Shown: one piece after another, positions 31,364 to 32,000 of the stretch
Position numbering within the stretch: position 1 is the stretch's first letter
Layout of the letters: every line of letters begins with the position of its first letter
Assembly: GCF_008189405.1 (NCBI RefSeq)
Contig: NZ_CP043316.1
Span: forward strand, 390,001-422,000
Source: Candidatus Saccharimonadota bacterium
Lineage (GTDB): Bacteria; Pseudomonadota; Alphaproteobacteria; CAJXXZ01; 1604HC
Direction of reading: 5' to 3'
Length of the DNA: 32,000 nucleotides
Notes under the pieces: model-generated
The model's database searches: none
The model's input: the letters and a program-made list of their open reading frames with translations, nothing else
Told to the model about the DNA's origin: nothing
Program-made: the position numbers and the translations under genes

Positions 31364-32000
31364 ATGAAAAAATCTCTAATAATACCTCTGTGTACATTAA
31401 TCACCCAGATCGAATCTGTAGTTCTAAGCAGTGAATTTCATATATTTGATGTTGGGCAAGGTAATTGCCAGTTGAGTAAATATTATGTCCAATATAATCA
31501 TAGCAATGAATATGGACAATCAGTTGAAAAAACGGAAAGAATTGGATTCCTTTATGACTGTGGAAACCATAAGCATTCACAAAAATCTGGTAGCCATAAG
31601 AGCAGATCGCAAACTTTAAGTGATGCAATCAATAAAGATATGCTAACAGATCTTGACTTGCTTGTAACAATCCTTTCATACCCAAATGTAGAAAATATAA
31701 ATAGTTTGAGTGGATTATTAGAAAATCACTATGCAGTCCAAAGCCATGATCCAAAAAAAAGAAGATCTTCTGAAAAGCCATTTGTTTCATTTCTATGTGG
31801 TGATTGGGGTCAAAGTAAAGACTCTGTTGCAAGCACAAAAAAACGTTTGGCAGATAATTCTATAGAAACATATTCATGGAAAAACAGTGATGGATCACCT
31901 GAATTTTTCTCTGATAATATTGTTGAATTGTGGTCAAAAGCAAAATCACAAACAAGTCATGCAAAACAATTGTTATTAAGTAAGTTTGATAATGCAATTG
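31364..32000 (+). CDS. ComEC-type MBL-fold family protein, paralog C, 3' end cut by window edge; metal-binding motif degenerate
   Basis: Absent from the ORF track because it runs off the window; translated by hand as MKKSLIIPLCTLITQIESVVLSSEFHIFDVGQGNCQLSKYYV...RIGFLYDCG...LLVTILSYPNVENI...SFLCGDWG...IETYSWKN...FFSDNIVELWSKAK...LSKFDNAI. GGAG lies 9 nt before ATG 31364. Collinear with paralogs A and B. Confidence 0.8.
   Translation, partial: MKKSLIIPLCTLITQIESVVLSSEFHIFDVGQGNCQLSKYYVQYNHSNEYGQSVEKTERIGFLYDCGNHKHSQKSGSHKSRSQTLSDAINKDMLTDLDLLVTILSYPNVENINSLSGLLENHYAVQSHDPKKRRSSEKPFVSFLCGDWGQSKDSVASTKKRLADNSIETYSWKNSDGSPEFFSDNIVELWSKAKSQTSHAKQLLLSKFDNAI

Noticed and set aside
31401-31838. Minus-strand ORFs 31401-31628 and 31629-31838.
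   Set aside because: They are antisense to the hand-translated plus-strand paralog C, which has an SD and a signal-like N-terminus and aligns to paralogs A and B.

Overview
Visibly AT-rich, tightly packed bacterial chromosome segment read with the standard code (TAA and TGA both end conserved genes). Gene content and the DnaK, AtpA/AtpD and RpoD sequences look proteobacterial. They fit best with a reduced-genome, Rickettsiales-like alphaproteobacterial endosymbiont; this is inference, since no search was possible. Core genes: obg, a ComEC/Rec2 channel, a HIT/HinT-like protein, tsaD, tRNA-Gly(GCC), a contiguous atpHAGDC-dnaG-rpoD block, grpE-dnaK-dnaJ, ybeY and an M23 peptidase. Two accessory families stand out. 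(1) Three paralogs of an N-terminal module carrying all four ComEC-type metallo-beta-lactamase (MBL) motifs (DVGQG, H-P-D/E-x-D-H, TGD, HHGS) lie at 19874-21562(-), 26462-29509(-) and 31364->32000(+), interleaved with the chaperone operon, ybeY and the M23 peptidase. The 1015-aa member is additionally fused to an S1 trypsin-fold serine protease (H713/D761/S840), a (VES)n tandem repeat and an Rpn-like helical tail. The resident comEC itself lacks the MBL domain. One paralog has lost all metal-ligand positions and another looks to be decaying. (2) Large Ala/Tyr/Gln/Glu/Lys-rich proteins are built from AAxxY / YEKAA short helical repeats (<2-1198 and about 9356-11593). The second is preceded, in the same frame across a single TAA, by a signal-peptide plus coiled-coil ORF, and its repeat signature begins 180 nt before any canonical start codon. 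That points to a nonsense-split or read-through gene. No rRNA, CRISPR array, IS element or transposase was recognised.
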